DNA of 64,000 nt, from the NCBI RefSeq assembly GCF_009914755.1, contig NC_060930.1; one strand, written 5' to 3'. The notes below the pieces were generated by a model. It did not search any database, was not told the origin of the DNA, and worked only from the letters and a program-made list of their open reading frames with translations. Below, one piece after another: positions 60,653-64,000 of this stretch; the first letter of the stretch is position 1, and each line of letters starts with the position of its first letter. The translations under genes were made by a program, and so were the position numbers. Origin of the DNA: the human T2T-CHM13v2.0 reference genome, Homo sapiens.

Positions 60653-63600
60653 TGCCTATATAAGTGAGATCATTCAATATTTGTCTTTCTGTGTCTAGTT
60701 TATTTCACTTAGCATAATGTCGTCCAAGTTCATCCATATTGTTGCAAATGGCAGGATTTTCTTCTTTTTTAAGGCTAAATAATGTTCGTATGTGTGTGTA
60801 TGTCTCACATTTTCTTTATCCATTCATCCGTTGAGGGACATTAAGATTGTTTCCGTATTGTGGCTATTGTAAATAATGCTGTAATAACCATGGGAGTGTG
60901 GCTATCACTTTAAGATACTAATTTCATTTTCTTTGCATACATACCCAGAAGTGAGATTGTTAGATCATAAGCTAGTTCTTTTTAAATTTTTTTTAGTACC
61001 CTCTCTACTGTTTCCCATAATGGCTGTACCAATTTACATTACAACCAACAATAAACAAGGATTCCCTTTTCTCTACAACCTCACCAACACTTATCTTCTG
61101 TCTTTTTGGTAATAATTATTCTAACGGGTGTGAGGAGACCCCTCATTGTGGTTTTTACTTGCTTTTCCCTGATGATTAGTGATGTTGAGCATCTTTTTAT
61201 ATACCTGTTGCCCATTTGTATGCCTTCTTTGGAAAAATGTCTATTCAGATCCTGTGACCATTTTAAAATTCAGTTATTTAATTATTTATTTATTTTGCTA
61301 TTGAATTTTGAGTTCCTTAAATATTTTGGATATTAACCCTTTATCAGATATATGGCTTGCAAATATTTTTCCCATTCTGTGGGTTGCCATTTTAATCTGT
61401 TGAATGTTTCCTTTGGTATGCATAAGGTTTTAGTTTGATGCAAGCCCACTTATTTTTGCTTTTGTTGCCAGTAGTTTGGTGTCTTATCCAAAAAATTATT
61501 GCTTAGACCAATGTCAAGGAGCTTTTCCCCTACATTTTCTTCTGTATTGTTTCAAGTCTTACATTTAAGTCATTAATACATTTAAGTTAATTTTTGCATA
61601 TGATGTGAGATAAGGGTTCAATTCTATTCTTTGGCATGCGGATGTCAAGTTTTTCCTGCACCGTATATTGAAAAGCCTGTCCTTTCCCTATTGTGTGTTC
61701 TTGGCACCCTGTCAAAGATCAGTTTACCATAGATGCATGGATTTATTTCTGGGATATTCTGTTTGTTGGTCTATATATCTGTTTTTATGACAGTACTATA
61801 CTGTTTTGATTACTGTAGCTTTGTAATATATTTTGAAATCAGGAAGTGTGATGCCTCCAGCATGTTCTTTTTGTTTAAGATTTCTTTGGCTATTCAGGGT
61901 CTTTTGTGGTTTCATTTGATTTTAGCATTTTTTTTTCTATTTCTATAAAGAATGCCACTTGAATTTTGATAGGGGTTGTGTTGAATGTATAGATCATTTT
62001 GGGTAGTATGAACATTTTAACACATTTTTTTCAATCCATGGACATGGATGTCTTTCCATTTTATCTGTGTCTTTGATTTCCTTCACCAATGTTTTATAAT
62101 TTTCAGTTAACAAGTCTGTTACTTCTTTGATTACATGTATGCCTAAGTATTTTCTTTGTTATTGTAAATGGGATGGTTTTCTTAAATTTCTTTTTGATGA
62201 CTTTCCTGTTTGTGTACACAAATACCACAGATTTTTGTATGTTAATTTTGCACCAAAAAACTTTGTTAAACTCATTTATTAGTTCTAACATTGTTTTTTG
62301 GTTGAATCTTCAGGGTTTCCTACGTATATAATCATGTTATCTGTGGAGGTAATTTCACTTTTTCCTCTCCCATTTGGATGCTTTTTATTTCTTTTTCTTG
62401 TTTAATTGCTCTGGGTAGGACTTCCAGTACTAAGTTGAATAAAAGCGGTCTCTCGTCTTCTCTTGCCATCTTCCTTTGTTATCTGATTATTTTTGTAGTA
62501 TTTGCCTTGATTCTTCTCTATTTATCTTTTGTATATCTATTATAAGTTTTTTTCTGTGTGGTTACCTCAAGGCTGGCATAAAATGTCTTGTAGTTACAAT
62601 GGTCTATTTTAAGTTCATAACAACTTAACTGCACACAGAAATTCCACACTTTTACCACCTCCCCCAAACTTTGTGTTTTTGTAGTCAGAGTTTAATTCTT
62701 TTTATATTGTGTATCCATCAACAAATTTTGGTCTTTTATCTTTTAAATGTTGGGGTAAAAGTAACTTACACACCACCATTACAGTGTTACATTATTATAT
62801 ATTTGTCTGTATATTTAATTTTGCCAGTGAGATTTATGTTTTCTTATGCTTTCACGTTACTGTTTAGCATGTTTTTGTTTTCAATTTGAAGAACCCCCTT
62901 AGCCATTTTGTGTAAAATAGGTCTAGGAGTGACAAACTCTCTCAGTTTTTGTTTCCCTGGGAAAGACTTTCTCTTTCATTTATTTTTAAAGGATAGTTTT
63001 GCCAGATATTGTATACTTGGCAGTTTTTTTCTTTCAGTATTTTGAATGTGTCGTCCCACTCTCTTCTGGCCTGCAACATTTCTACTAAAAAAAAATCCAC
63101 TGATGTCTTATGGAGGTGGTTCCCTTATACATGACAAGTCACTTTTCTTTTGCTTCTTTCAAAATTCTCTGTCTTTAACTTTTGAAATTTAATTATAATG
63201 TATCCTGGTGCAGATCTCTTTGTATTCAACTTATTTAGGATTCTTTGGGGTTAATCAATCTGGATGTCCACTTCCTTCCCTGATTTAGAATGTTTTTGGT
63301 AATTATTCCTTTTCAATAATCTTTCTTCTCCTTTCTATTTCTCTTCTCTTTATTAAGCTTTCATAATCTATATCGGTTTACTTGATATTGTTCCATAAAA
63401 TCCATAGGCTTTCTTTACTCCTTTTTATTCTTTTTTCTTTTTTGTCCTCTGACTGGATAATTTTAAACGACCAGTATTCAAGTTTACTAATTCTTTCCTC
63501 TGCTTGATCGAGTCTGGTATTGAAGTTCTCTGTCGCATTTTTTTATTTCATTTATTGTGTTCTTCAGCTTCAGAATTTGTTTGCTTCATTTTTGTGGTTT

Positions 63601-63935
63601 ACATTTCTCTAACTTTCCCTTTCATTTATGTATTACATAAAATTTACATTTCTCTAACTTTCCCTTTTGTTTATGTATTACTTTCCTGATATTATTGAGT
63701 TGTCTATATGTGTTCAATGATAATTTCTTAAAACAATAATTTTGTCAGGCAATTCATAGGTCCCCATTTCTTTGGGATCATTACTGGAAATTATCATATT
63801 CCTTTAGTGGTGTTATGTTTCCCTGACATTTCATGTTCCTTGTAGCCTTGCATTGGTGTCTGAGCATTTGAAGGAGCAGTTACATCTTTCAGATATTACA
63901 GACTGGCTTTGGTGGGGAAGACTTTCACCTGAGAT
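60653..63935 (-). mobile_element. L1M (MA/MB-type) fragments: 3' end and ORF2 to ~62450, then 5'/ORF1-type sequence
   Basis: tatttcacttagcataatg, catacccagaagtg, ORF 62103-62291 (LELINEF.KV..CKINIQKSV), gacaaactctctcagtttttgttt. Confidence 0.8.
63598..63681. repeat. Tandem duplication with 45-bp period
   Basis: tttacatttctctaactttcccttt..tttatgtattac at 63598 and 63643. Confidence 0.9.
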
Positions 63936-64000
63936 GTGATGATACCTGAGGTGTGATGATGGGTGGGGTGTGTGGTGGTTCTTAAATAATCACCTGAGGT

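Overview
This is human (primate) genomic DNA from inside KLHL32 on the + strand. One coding exon at 1786-1966 encodes the first half of the BTB domain. It is followed by about 62 kb of a single repeat-rich intron with no further recognisable coding exon. Nearly all ORFs in the track are LINE-1, Alu or MaLR remnants or noise, and I found no RNA gene, CRISPR array or new protein-coding system. The most structured region is a three-level nested LINE-1 complex at 3926-19925. An old full-length L1 (-) contains a THE1 LTR and a twin-primed, 5'-inverted L1PA4-like insertion with a 17-bp TSD. The inverted arm of that insertion was hit by a second, 5'-complete L1PA3/4-like element with its own TSD. The two young L1s share a 524-bp identical tract that includes a shared stop codon (gene conversion). 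The inner element has a ~1.2-kb deletion sealed by a locally templated insert, and it keeps an open ORF0 reading in the KLHL32 direction with a phase-0 splice donor. Other features are a second full-length old L1, an intact THE1/MST provirus, several rearranged Alus and candidate intronic terminal exons. Repeat subfamily calls and alignments were made by eye from recalled consensus sequences and need RepeatMasker or alignment confirmation.
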